Source of the DNA: Candidatus Delongbacteria bacterium
Lineage (GTDB): Bacteria > CAIWAD01
Reading direction: 5' to 3'
Assembly (NCBI GenBank): GCA_963663545.1
Contig: OY760505.1
Location: 3,008,001-3,072,000, forward strand
DNA: 64,000 nt
The notes beneath the pieces are model-generated. The model saw only the letters and a program-made list of their open reading frames with translations, was not told the DNA's origin and searched no databases. Position 1 is the first letter of the stretch. The number at the start of each line of letters is the position of its first letter. Shown piece by piece: positions 30,835 through 40,211 of the stretch. A program made the position numbers and the translations under genes.

Positions 30835-31311
30835 ATGAATGAACTGACCCTGCATCCCATCGGTGTGATACACACACCGCACACCGAGCCGGCACGGACT
30901 CCCATCCAGCCGGTGTATGCCGAGGGCATCCAGGGCGAGGTGGAGGTGAACGCCGCCTTCGCCGATGGCCTGGCTGACCTGGAGGGCTTCTCGCACATCT
31001 ACCTCGTGTATCACTTTCACAAGGCAGAGCAGGAGAAGTTGCTCGTCAAACCCTATCTCGAGGATGTATCACGCGGTGTCTTCGCCACCCGCGCGCCCTG
31101 TCATCCCAATCGCATTGGTTTCAGTGTCGTGCGTCTGCTGGAAGTGCAGGGTAATCGCCTGCTGGTGGAGGATGTGGATATGTTGGACGGTACCCCGCTC
31201 CTGGATATCAAGCCCTATATCGCCCGTTTTGATACACGCACCGACGTCCACTCCGGTTGGCAGGACGGCATCGCGGAGACAACGGCACAGCAGCGCGGAC
31301 GACGAGGGTAG
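30835..31311 (+). CDS. tsaA: tRNA (t6A37)-methyltransferase TrmO/TsaA domain protein
   Basis: PIGVIHT, LEGFSHI, GVFATRAP, DGTPLLDIKPY. Confidence 0.9.
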   Translation: MNELTLHPIGVIHTPHTEPARTPIQPVYAEGIQGEVEVNAAFADGLADLEGFSHIYLVYHFHKAEQEKLLVKPYLEDVSRGVFATRAPCHPNRIGFSVVRLLEVQGNRLLVEDVDMLDGTPLLDIKPYIARFDTRTDVHSGWQDGIAETTAQQRGRRG

Positions 31312-31769
31312 GACGGCTTTTGCGCAGGCATCCGTTTTTCCTCCGGGATTACACGGAGCGTGCGCGCGGAGTATTGACGGAGGCGGGTCAGCTGCAGCGC
31401 GAATCCGGTCACTTCTGAATGAGCCTCCGTACGAGCAGGCCAACACCTGATCTGACTCTGGCGTGCCGCATCCAGGTCCTCCAGCCTGCAGAGCGCGAAG
31501 ACGGGACCTCGCAGCGCCTGACGGTGAAATGGATTACACGCAGCGAACGATAACCTGGATCAGCTGAGTTATTATTCAGCTTTGGTTAGAATTGCGTTGA
31601 CTTTATTCGTCTGGGCAACTAAACTCAGGCCTTCGGTGCTCAACCAAACCAAATCAGTCCCCCCTGATTTCGTTTCAACCATCCCAACATATATGCGGAC
31701 GACGCCAAGGGTCGGCTCGCACTTGGACCTATTGCTGGAACTTGTCGCAAGAACTGCGGAGACTTGACC

Positions 31770-32450
31770 ATGCAACATCGAATCCTGATCCTGGGCAGCT
31801 TTTTTGCCCTGGTTACGGGCGCCTTCTCCCAAAGCTTGGAGATTCACATCCAGCTTGCCGGTGGCGATGCCGTAACCTTGTCCAGTGAACAGATCCAGCG
31901 GATCGAATTCGGCGCTCTACCTGTGGGTGGTGCGGATACTCAGGGACCTGAGATCCTGACCACCTGCCTGGAGAGCACCGGAAGCGAGGACGCACGATCC
32001 GTTGAAGCCACCCTCAGCGATCCCGCCGGTGTGGCGACCGCCTACCTGTTTTACAGCCTCAACGGTGCAGCCTACGAAGGAAGCCTGATGAGCACTGCGG
32101 ACGGAAGTCAGTGGGCCGGCACTTTGCCGGGTGTGGCCGCAGGTGGCGAAGTGCAGTACTACATCCACGCGCTGGATGCCAGTGCTGCGCGCAACATTGC
32201 CAATAGCGAAACCTGTGTCTACTCCATCGCGGGCGAACTGGATGCGCCTATGCTGAGCATCGAACTCCTGAGCAGCGGAATCATTCAGCTGCAGTGGACC
32301 GTGGTGGATGGAGCCAGCTCCTACAATGTCTACGAGGCACAGGAGTTTGGTGGTACAGAAACGCTACTGCTCACGCAGAGCGGAACAGAAACCCAGCTTT
32401 CTTCGTTTGGCGATGGTTTGCGCTTTTACCGTGTGACCGCGGCGAACTAA
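31770..32450 (+). CDS. Secreted protein: short N-terminal module, Ig-like domain, C-terminal FYRVTA domain
   Basis: Signal peptide; VQYYIHALD; C-terminal QLQW...SYNVY...RFYRVTAAN. Confidence 0.75.
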   Translation: MQHRILILGSFFALVTGAFSQSLEIHIQLAGGDAVTLSSEQIQRIEFGALPVGGADTQGPEILTTCLESTGSEDARSVEATLSDPAGVATAYLFYSLNGAAYEGSLMSTADGSQWAGTLPGVAAGGEVQYYIHALDASAARNIANSETCVYSIAGELDAPMLSIELLSSGIIQLQWTVVDGASSYNVYEAQEFGGTETLLLTQSGTETQLSSFGDGLRFYRVTAAN

Positions 32451-32522
32451 GTAGCAGTAACACTGCGAATCGCCCATCGTGATTCCGATGAAAGTGTTCT
32501 TGCAGGAAAGTGGGAGTGAATC

Positions 32523-32990
32523 ATGCGAATTCAGACCTTGTGCGCCAGTGTACTGCTACTGTCGGGAATGGCTTTCTGCCAAACCTGGGAGCTTTCTGTG
32601 CACCTGCAAAGCGGAGAGAGTGTGGCAATTGCACACAGCGACATTCAGCGTATCGAGTTTAGCGGCATCGATACCGGTGTGGAGGATCCAGCCGACGACG
32701 CCCGGACCGCGCAGAATTTCGCGCTGTTGCGCAATTACCCGAATCCGGCCAACCCCAGTACTACCATCGAGTACTCGCTGGCAACAGCAGGGGAGGTCGC
32801 GGTGCGCATTTACAACCTGCGAGGCGCGCTAGTGCGGGAGTTGGTCCGTGCGGACCAGACCGCCGGTCTGCATACTGTGAGCTGGGAGGGCACCAACGAT
32901 GCGGGTGCCGGTGTTTCCAGCGGTGTCTACCTCTATTCCGTGGAAAGCGGTGACCAGGTCCGCACGCGGAAGCTGATCCTGGTCAAGTAA
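32523..32990 (+). CDS. Small secreted protein with FlgD-Ig/T9SS-type C-terminal domain
   Basis: Signal peptide; NYPNPANPSTTI...IYNLRG...SSGVYLY...RKLILVK. Confidence 0.85.
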   Translation: MRIQTLCASVLLLSGMAFCQTWELSVHLQSGESVAIAHSDIQRIEFSGIDTGVEDPADDARTAQNFALLRNYPNPANPSTTIEYSLATAGEVAVRIYNLRGALVRELVRADQTAGLHTVSWEGTNDAGAGVSSGVYLYSVESGDQVRTRKLILVK

Positions 32991-33002
32991 GCGGAGACTC
33001 GA

Positions 33003-35318
33003 ATGAAGAGAACTGCAACCCTCGCCCTTAGTCTGCTGGCCCTGTTCTTGTGCGCCCAGGCTCAAGAGCTGAACGTAGTCCACGAAAATGGACAAGTAAG
33101 CCAGTACAATCTGGCCGATATCGAAACTCTGAGCTTTCAACTGACGGCCGCCCGCGACGGCGAGCGCGTGGCCGACGACATCTTTCGCGTCCATACCCAG
33201 AGCGGATTGGCGCAGTTCATGGTTGAGACCGTAGACAGTGTTTGCTTTACCAGCGAACGCTACATGACCGTGTATCAGACCGGCGCAAGCACCGAGTTCG
33301 ATCTGGCGGAAGTGGACAGCCTGAGCTTTGCCAGTACGGCGGCCATGACGGTCCAGATTGGCTACGACGGCACGAGCGCCAGCGTGGTGAATCCACTGCA
33401 GGCCGACGGCGTGACGGTTAGCGTGAACGGTGCGGATGTGATCGTAACGGCGGCGGCGGGCTTGGAAGGCATCCTCTACGAGCTTTCCGGCAGCACGACC
33501 GACGGCATGTTCAAGATCTACTCCGACAGTGACTTCCAGCTGCGCTTGAACGGCGTGAGTATCACCAACAACGACGGCCCTGCCATCAACATTCAGGCCG
33601 ATGAAACCATCGATGTGGAGTTGGTGGAAGGAACCTCCAGCATCGTGACCGATGGCGAGACCTATGCCGAAGCACCCAATGATGAGGATCAGAAGGGCGC
33701 CTTCTTCAGCGAAGGTCAGCTGATTTTCAGCGGCACGGGCAGCCTGACGGTCAACGGTCTCGGCGACGATCAGCACGGTCTGGTCAGCGATGATTACGTG
33801 CAGGTTGAGAATGGCACTATCGTGGTGGCCAGTTCCTCCAAGGACGGCATTCACACCAACGAAGGCTACATGCAGTCGGGCGGCAGCGTGGACGTGACCG
33901 CCGACAGCGACGGCGTCGATGCCGGTGACGGCCCCGTGGAGATCACCGGTGGTAGCTTGGTCATTCTGATTGAGGACGACGATCGCGACGCGCTGAAGTG
34001 CGACGGCGAGCTGCTGATTGCCGGTGGCGACATCGAGATCTCCGTGGACGGCGACCAATCCAAGGGCCTGAACGCGGTGACAATTGAGCTTAGCGGCGGC
34101 GTGGTCGAAATCAACACCACTGGCGGCGCGGTGTTGGAAGAGTCCGGTTCCGGTTACGATCCATCCTACAACACTGCGGTCAAGGCGGATGAACAGGTGC
34201 TGCTGAATGGGACGAGCCTAACCATCAACACAACAGGTGCGGCGGCTCGCGGCATTTCCTGCGACGGCGATATCCTTGTCGAGTCAGGCAGCCTGAGTGT
34301 CACTTCCACCGGCGATGGCGGCACCTACACCGACGAAACCGGCACCCAGGATGCCTACACCGGCCCCTGCCTGAAGGCGGACGGCGACATCCAACTTCTG
34401 GGCGGCACCATCAATCTTGTCCACTCAGGCGACGGCGGCAAGGGCATTTCCGGCGACGCCAACCTGAGCATCGGTACTACCGGCAATGCTCCTGTTGTGG
34501 ACGTGCATACCAGTGGCGGACAAATCTCCATTGGCTGGAATGATGCCGCCGAGGCCAAGGCCATCTCAATGGACAGCTTGATCACCGTCGACAGTGGCAT
34601 CATCACCCTCTCCTCGCCCGATGACGCCATGAAGTCCAAGTACTGGATTGAAATCAACGGCGGTCTGATTGACATCACCAATTCGCTTGAGGGCATTGAA
34701 GCGCCCATGATCTACATCAATGGAGGCGAGATCCAGCTTAACTCCACCGACGACGGCATCAATGCCACCATGGGCAGCGATATCGAGGGAGATGACGGTA
34801 GCGAGCTACACATCACCGGCGGCTACCTCCACCTGAACGCGCCCCAGGGCGATGGCATCGACAGCAACGGAACGCTGGACATCACGGGCGGTACGGTGCT
34901 GGTGCACGGACCGCCCAACCAGCCCGAGGTGGGACTGGACGTCAACGGCACTTTCCGCCTGGACGGCGGTTTGGTCGTGGTTGCCCAGGTGAACTCCATG
35001 ATGGTGGAGTCGCCCAGCAGCCAATCCAGCCAACGCTCGGTTCTCTGCCGCCGCAATCAGGCGCTGAGTGCCAACACCCTCTTCCACATCGAGACCAGCA
35101 CGGGCACCAGCGTGGTCACCTTCAAACCCGGCCACAACTACTCCTGCGTGCTGTTTTCCTCGGAGGATCTGGTTCAGGGGACGACCTATCGCGTCTACAC
35201 CGGCGGCACCTGCACCGGCACCGAGACCGATGGCCTTTACGAGGGCGGCAGCTACAGTGGCGGCACCCTTCGTGCTACCTTTACTCTCAACAGTACGGTA
35301 CAGAGCGTCAACTTCTAG
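33003..35318 (+). CDS. Secreted Cthe_2159-like (DUF4353) beta-helix carbohydrate-binding protein
   Basis: Signal peptide; LNGVSITNNDGPAINIQ, KGAFFSEGQL, repeated DG(I/V)D, GDGIDSNG. Confidence 0.85.
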   Translation: MKRTATLALSLLALFLCAQAQELNVVHENGQVSQYNLADIETLSFQLTAARDGERVADDIFRVHTQSGLAQFMVETVDSVCFTSERYMTVYQTGASTEFDLAEVDSLSFASTAAMTVQIGYDGTSASVVNPLQADGVTVSVNGADVIVTAAAGLEGILYELSGSTTDGMFKIYSDSDFQLRLNGVSITNNDGPAINIQADETIDVELVEGTSSIVTDGETYAEAPNDEDQKGAFFSEGQLIFSGTGSLTVNGLGDDQHGLVSDDYVQVENGTIVVASSSKDGIHTNEGYMQSGGSVDVTADSDGVDAGDGPVEITGGSLVILIEDDDRDALKCDGELLIAGGDIEISVDGDQSKGLNAVTIELSGGVVEINTTGGAVLEESGSGYDPSYNTAVKADEQVLLNGTSLTINTTGAAARGISCDGDILVESGSLSVTSTGDGGTYTDETGTQDAYTGPCLKADGDIQLLGGTINLVHSGDGGKGISGDANLSIGTTGNAPVVDVHTSGGQISIGWNDAAEAKAISMDSLITVDSGIITLSSPDDAMKSKYWIEINGGLIDITNSLEGIEAPMIYINGGEIQLNSTDDGINATMGSDIEGDDGSELHITGGYLHLNAPQGDGIDSNGTLDITGGTVLVHGPPNQPEVGLDVNGTFRLDGGLVVVAQVNSMMVESPSSQSSQRSVLCRRNQALSANTLFHIETSTGTSVVTFKPGHNYSCVLFSSEDLVQGTTYRVYTGGTCTGTETDGLYEGGSYSGGTLRATFTLNSTVQSVNF

Positions 35319-35343
35319 CCGACACCGGCATCATGGATCACAC

Positions 35344-35367
35344 GGGGGCGCTGCGGCGCCCCTTTTT
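35344..35367 (+). terminator. Intrinsic terminator
   Basis: ggggcgc/gcgcccc stem followed by TTTTT. Confidence 0.8.
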
Positions 35368-35613
35368 CCATCAACGCTTGCCTGCTGATCTGCAGCACGG
35401 ACAGATTCCATTGCTAACCCTGATGCTCTTTTCCGATCTTGCGCCCGCACGGCACTCCAGAATGTGAGGTGAGCATGCCCCGGGGAAGAAAGCAGAACGA
35501 CCTTTTTGTATCACATGGCGGTGAGCTACTGAAGGCTGCGGAGCTGCGGCACTACAGCATGCACTTCGCGGCGCTGGTGTGTCGCAAGGCTTAGGCCAGC
35601 GAGAGGAACAACA

Positions 35614-36741
35614 ATGAGCATCAACTGGATCTGCGGACTTCTGCTTTGCGCGAGCGCGGTGGCGCAGACTACGCTGGAACTGTCGGGTAGCAGTAGTGTG
35701 AGTTTTGATGTGGAAGAGGGTAAAGCCGCAATCCTGAATCAGAGCTACGAAGTGTATCACAATCCTATTCAAGGCGGCTACTGTGTGCTTTCCGAGCAGC
35801 AGTTGGTGAAGCACCACTTCGGCTGTGATGGCGTGTCGGGGTCCTTGCGCAGCCGTGCGTATGCTATCGAACAACAGGACTTTCCGCTGTGGTTTGTGGC
35901 CAGCGATGCCATTCATGCCGAGTTTGAGTTTCCTTTCTATCGAACCGGAGTGCCCTGGGCTGGCACAGTAGAGAGTGCGACTTCGTACTACAGCGCCATT
36001 TCAGGTGCGCATTTGCTTGATCTGACCAGCGACCTATTGGTGATACCCGAATCATCACATGGAGGCAGTCAAGTAAAGTTGCGCAGGCTCAAGGAGTCCG
36101 GAGGCCGTTGTGTCACACGCTACATCGGCTACTGCACAGGCGAAGCCAATGTCTGGAAGTACCATCAACGACCGAAGCTTCCCGAGGTGCGCCTTGTGGG
36201 TGTTGTTTCCATCGTCGACGAGCAGCAGTTGCTGGAGCAGGTGGCGATTGTTTCCAGTCGGATGTACGGGAGCAATATCTCGCCTTGGACGCCGCATGTA
36301 GAACTGCTCAGAGATAGCACTCAGGGTCCGGATGAAGCCGAACGCTGGTGGTACACCTGCAGCTACGATTCCCTTGCGGCACTGCGCTCCGTGGTTGTGC
36401 GGTTGTCCGTGATTCAGGGCCGCCTGGATCTTGAGGGTGCCGAACTCGCGGGAGGACTGCAGGTCATCGCGCTACCGCTGCCCGACTACCTGGATGACGA
36501 ACGCTACGCGCATCTCGATCTGCTGGAACTACCCGAGCTGCGTTTGCTGCGCAACGAGATCTTCGCCCGCCACGGCTACAGATTCCAATCGCCTGAGCTG
36601 CTGGCCCATTTCGTGCTGCAGCCCTGGTACAATGAAATGTTGCCTGCAGCCGAAGTAGGGGAAGAGGAGCTTTCCGATCGCGAGCGTGATACACTGCAGC
36701 GAATTCGCGAGCGGGAGGCGCTTCTCGCCGAAGAGAAATAG
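35614..36741 (+). CDS. Secreted YARHG-domain protein
   Basis: Signal peptide; C-terminal LRLLRNEIFARHGYRF...PWY. Confidence 0.85.
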   Translation: MSINWICGLLLCASAVAQTTLELSGSSSVSFDVEEGKAAILNQSYEVYHNPIQGGYCVLSEQQLVKHHFGCDGVSGSLRSRAYAIEQQDFPLWFVASDAIHAEFEFPFYRTGVPWAGTVESATSYYSAISGAHLLDLTSDLLVIPESSHGGSQVKLRRLKESGGRCVTRYIGYCTGEANVWKYHQRPKLPEVRLVGVVSIVDEQQLLEQVAIVSSRMYGSNISPWTPHVELLRDSTQGPDEAERWWYTCSYDSLAALRSVVVRLSVIQGRLDLEGAELAGGLQVIALPLPDYLDDERYAHLDLLELPELRLLRNEIFARHGYRFQSPELLAHFVLQPWYNEMLPAAEVGEEELSDRERDTLQRIREREALLAEEK

Positions 36742-36974
36742 GTTTTTGCTGCAACACATTTCCGCCGTGATCCAGAACGTGTGCCGTGCGATTTTCTTGT
36801 CAGGGTTTGCCGCTTCGCGGAAGGATCGAGGCCAAACATGGACAGCGAGCTATTGATGTGACACATTGCAGATGTTGCGCATAATAGAACACGGTACGCA
36901 TGGCTTCGCCGAGGTGTCCCGTGCGAAGAACGGGACACAAACCGATAGCGATCATGTTGCGAAGCACCAGACAG

Positions 36975-37009
36975 CGATACCGATACCGATACCGATAGCG
37001 ATACCGATA
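36975..37009. repeat. Short CGATAS hexamer tandem run
   Basis: cgatac x3, cgatag, cgatac, cgata. Confidence 0.85.
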
Positions 37010-37022
37010 AGAAAGGGAGCGG

Positions 37023-37529
37023 ATGAAAATGGCTACTTACACACGGAGTATCACGAGCATCATCGTTCTACTTGCCACTCTGACGCTGCTCGTCGGCTGC
37101 AGTAGTACTCGCAGTCTGCGCCATCCGGCAAACAGTCTTGATGAAGTAAACGCCAAGCTGGCCCATCGTTGGGTGCGCATTCAGCTGTGCGATGGCAGCC
37201 TGCTCAGGCCGCAGTACAATGTCAGGGTAGACGCAGACAGTGTGCGCTACGATCAGCGCGGCGAGAAACAGGCGGTATCCACCAGCGAAGTTGCCACCAT
37301 CCACGCGCGCCGCAATCCCGGCGGCTGGTGTGGTGCCTTGCTGGGAGCGGCGGCCGTGCCTCTGCTGGTCAACAGTTCCGAATCTCTTGAGCGCAGCTAC
37401 GTGCCCACGGCGGTTGTTGTTGGCGTCCTCGCTGTGCCCGGTGCGCTGATAGGATACATGGTGGGCAGCAGTACTATGCGCTTCGATCGCCTGGTGTATG
37501 AGGGGCCGGTGGAGAAGTATCTGAACTGA
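37023..37529 (+). CDS. Hypothetical lipoprotein
   Basis: LLVGC lipobox; Gly-rich hydrophobic C-terminal segments. Confidence 0.7.
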   Translation: MKMATYTRSITSIIVLLATLTLLVGCSSTRSLRHPANSLDEVNAKLAHRWVRIQLCDGSLLRPQYNVRVDADSVRYDQRGEKQAVSTSEVATIHARRNPGGWCGALLGAAAVPLLVNSSESLERSYVPTAVVVGVLAVPGALIGYMVGSSTMRFDRLVYEGPVEKYLN

Positions 37530-37570
37530 CGAGCTCTGTCGTATCACAAATCCTTAGCTCGGGGGGAGTC

Positions 37571-37807
37571 ATGAGCACCACCAAGTCGGAACGCAACTAC
37601 CGCCTGACCGGGATCACCTTTCTTTTATTCGCCGTGTTCTTTGCCCTCAACGAGGAGGTGACAGTCCTGCCCGGCGAGGAAGACTCACTCCTTTGGGTGA
37701 TATGGTTGCTCCTTGGTAGCTCCTTTATAGCACGTGCCGAACAACTGCGCAAACGCCGCCGCAGACATGAGACAGAGGAAGAGGACGCGCAGAACCCAGC
37801 CAAGTGA
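37571..37807 (+). CDS. Small two-TM hypothetical protein
   Basis: GGAG RBS; two hydrophobic segments and a charged tail. Confidence 0.55.
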   Translation: MSTTKSERNYRLTGITFLLFAVFFALNEEVTVLPGEEDSLLWVIWLLLGSSFIARAEQLRKRRRRHETEEEDAQNPAK

Positions 37808-37865
37808 GTCCAACTGCGACCCAACTCGCAATGCTGGCATCGATACCAATGTCGATGACGAGGGA

Positions 37866-37896
37866 AGAAAAAGCCCCCACCGGATGGCAGGGGCTT
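37866..37896 (-). terminator. Intrinsic terminator for the ALDH gene
   Basis: aagcccc/ggggctt stem with A-run (U-tract on minus strand). Confidence 0.65.
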
Positions 37897-37959
37897 GATG
37901 TATCACCGTGATACGCGACCCAAAAAGCCGCGAGCGACCAAAGGTCGCAACAGTGCACG

Positions 37960-39483
37960 CTACAGATCGAACTTGATGCCCTGGGCCAGAGCCGTCTTGC
38001 CCGACCAGTTCATCGTATTCGACTGACGACGCATGTAGAGCTTCCAGCTGTCGCTGCCGGACTCGCGGCCGCCGCCGGTATCCTTCTCACCGCCAAAGGC
38101 CAGACCGATCTCGGCGCCACTGGTGCCCAGGTTGACGTTGGCGATGCCGCAGTCGCTGCCCTTGTGACTCAGGAAGGTCTCGGACTCGAGGAAGTTGTTG
38201 GTGAAGATGCAGGAGCTGAGGCCCTGCGGGACGTTGTTCTGAATGTCGATGGCGTTCTGCACGTCGCCGCTGTAGGTGATGATGTACAGCAGCGGGGCGA
38301 AGGTCTCGTCCTGCACAATCTGCATCTCGTTGCGCACCTTGGCGATGCAGGGCATCACGTAGCAGCCGCCTTCCTTGTCCAGACGCTGGCCGCCGTAGAC
38401 GATCTCGCCGCCCTCGGCCTTTACCTTCTCGATGGCGTTTTGCATGTCCTGCACGGCGCCAGTGTCGATCATCGGACCCACCAGGGTCTCGGCGTCCAGC
38501 GGGCTGCCGATGGTGACGGTTTTGTAGGCGGCCACGAGCTTCTCGACCACGGTGTCCACCAGGGACTCATGCACGATGACGCGGCGGGTGCTGGTGCAGC
38601 GCTGTCCGCAGGTGCCGATGGAACCGAAGGCGATGTTGGGAATGGCCAGACTGAGGTCAGCGTTCGGTGTCACGATGACGGCGTTGTTGCCGCCCAGCTC
38701 CAGGATGGTGCGTCCCAGACGCTCGCCGACGATGCCGCCCAGGCGTTGTCCCATCGGCGTGGAACCGGTGGCGCTGATCAACGGCATACGACGGTCGCGG
38801 CTCATGGCATCACCGACGGTGCGGCCAGCGCCGATTACCAGGTTGCTGATGCCCTCGGGCAGATCGTTGTCGGCCAGGACCTTGGCCAGAATCTTCTGGC
38901 AAGCGACCGCCGTCAGCGGCGTCTTGCTGGAAGGCTTCCAGACCACCACATCGCCGCAAACCATGGCCAGCGTGGTGTTCCAGGCCCAGACGGCCACCGG
39001 GAAGTTGAAAGCGCTGATCACGCCCACGATGCCCAGCGGATGCCACTGCTCGTACATGCGGTGCATTTCGCGCTCGCTGTGTGTGGTCAGTCCGTAGAGC
39101 TGGCGGCTAAGACCGACGGCGAAATCGCAGATGTCGATCATTTCCTGCACTTCGCCCAGACCCTCCTGCAGGATCTTACCCATTTCCATGGAGACCAGCT
39201 TGCCCAGGTTCTCCTTGTTCTCGCGCAGAGCGTGGCCCAGCTGACGGACGATCTCGCCGCGCTTGGGGGCCGCAATCATGCGCCAGACTTTGAAGGCCTC
39301 GCCGGCGGTCTGCATCACCTGCTCGTACTCGGCCACTTCGCACTGGTGGACGGTGGCCAGCTTGCTACCGTCGATGGGCGAGAAGCTGTCGAGGTCCTTG
39401 CCGGTACACTCGAGCCACTTGCTTCCGGTGGAGGCACCAAGATTCCGCTCCTGGATGCCGAGGGCGTTCAGAACGTCCTTCAT
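37960..39483 (-). CDS. Aldehyde dehydrogenase family 7 (piperideine-6-carboxylate/aminoadipate-semialdehyde dehydrogenase-like)
   Basis: ISAFNFPVAVW, LELGGNNA, GQRCT, GAEIGLAFGGEK, GRESGSD; start MKDV after AGGAG. Confidence 0.93.
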   Translation of the reverse strand: MKDVLNALGIQERNLGASTGSKWLECTGKDLDSFSPIDGSKLATVHQCEVAEYEQVMQTAGEAFKVWRMIAAPKRGEIVRQLGHALRENKENLGKLVSMEMGKILQEGLGEVQEMIDICDFAVGLSRQLYGLTTHSEREMHRMYEQWHPLGIVGVISAFNFPVAVWAWNTTLAMVCGDVVVWKPSSKTPLTAVACQKILAKVLADNDLPEGISNLVIGAGRTVGDAMSRDRRMPLISATGSTPMGQRLGGIVGERLGRTILELGGNNAVIVTPNADLSLAIPNIAFGSIGTCGQRCTSTRRVIVHESLVDTVVEKLVAAYKTVTIGSPLDAETLVGPMIDTGAVQDMQNAIEKVKAEGGEIVYGGQRLDKEGGCYVMPCIAKVRNEMQIVQDETFAPLLYIITYSGDVQNAIDIQNNVPQGLSSCIFTNNFLESETFLSHKGSDCGIANVNLGTSGAEIGLAFGGEKDTGGGRESGSDSWKLYMRRQSNTMNWSGKTALAQGIKFDL

Positions 39484-39644
39484 TTTGTATGCTCCTTGAC
39501 AATGGGTTGACCCGTGGACATTGGGCTGGCGCATGCGCCTTAGCCTTTCCTATCAGCCCAACAAGATGCAAGTTGAGGGTCGCTGAGGCAATGCTGAGAG
39601 GGCCTGCAGCACCAAGCTTTTCCGAATTGCGTAGTGGAGGGAAG

Positions 39645-40211
39645 ATGAACTCGACTCTGATCCTGCTGATTTGCCTGGGACTGCTGGTGGTCTACGGTAT
39701 CACCATGTTCAACTCGCTCATCGCCCGTCGTAACGAGGTGGACAACTCCTTCAGTAGCGTTGATGTACTGCTCAAGAAACGCCACGATCTGATTCCCAAT
39801 CTGGTGGCCGCGGTCAAGCAGTACATGACCCACGAACGACACATTCTGGAGGAGGTCACCCGCCTGCGCAGCAAGCTGCAGGAGGGCGGAATGCCTCAGA
39901 AGGAGCGCTTCGCAACGGAGAACAAGCTGGGGTCCATGTTGGGCGAAATCAGCGTTGCTGTGGAAGCCTACCCGGAGCTGAAAGCCAACACCAGCATGAT
40001 GCAACTGCAGATGACGCTGAACGAAGTGGAAGAGCAGATTTCCGCCGCCCGTCGCGCCTATAACGCCGCTGTGCTGGCGCTGAACAACGCCATCGAGATG
40101 TTTCCCACCAATCTGCTGGCGGGACCGATGCGTATCACAAAGCGCGACTTCTTTGAGGCCGAAGCCACGGAGCGGGAGAACGTGAATGTCGGCGAGCTTT
40201 TCGGTTCTTGA
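39645..40211 (+). CDS. lemA: LemA family protein
   Basis: LKKRHDLIPNLV, VEAYPELKAN, ARRAYN, FPTNLLA. Confidence 0.95.
   Translation: MNSTLILLICLGLLVVYGITMFNSLIARRNEVDNSFSSVDVLLKKRHDLIPNLVAAVKQYMTHERHILEEVTRLRSKLQEGGMPQKERFATENKLGSMLGEISVAVEAYPELKANTSMMQLQMTLNEVEEQISAARRAYNAAVLALNNAIEMFPTNLLAGPMRITKRDFFEAEATERENVNVGELFGS

Noticed and set aside
31312..31763. c-di-GMP or other riboswitch upstream of the secreted trio
   Set aside because: Only a short hairpin (aaatcag/ctgattt) is visible and no consensus motif.
32829..34058. 409-aa minus-strand ORF
   Set aside because: Antisense to the well-supported secreted protein genes.
38164..39510. 448-aa plus-strand ORF
   Set aside because: Antisense shadow of the ALDH gene caused by GC-rich codon bias.
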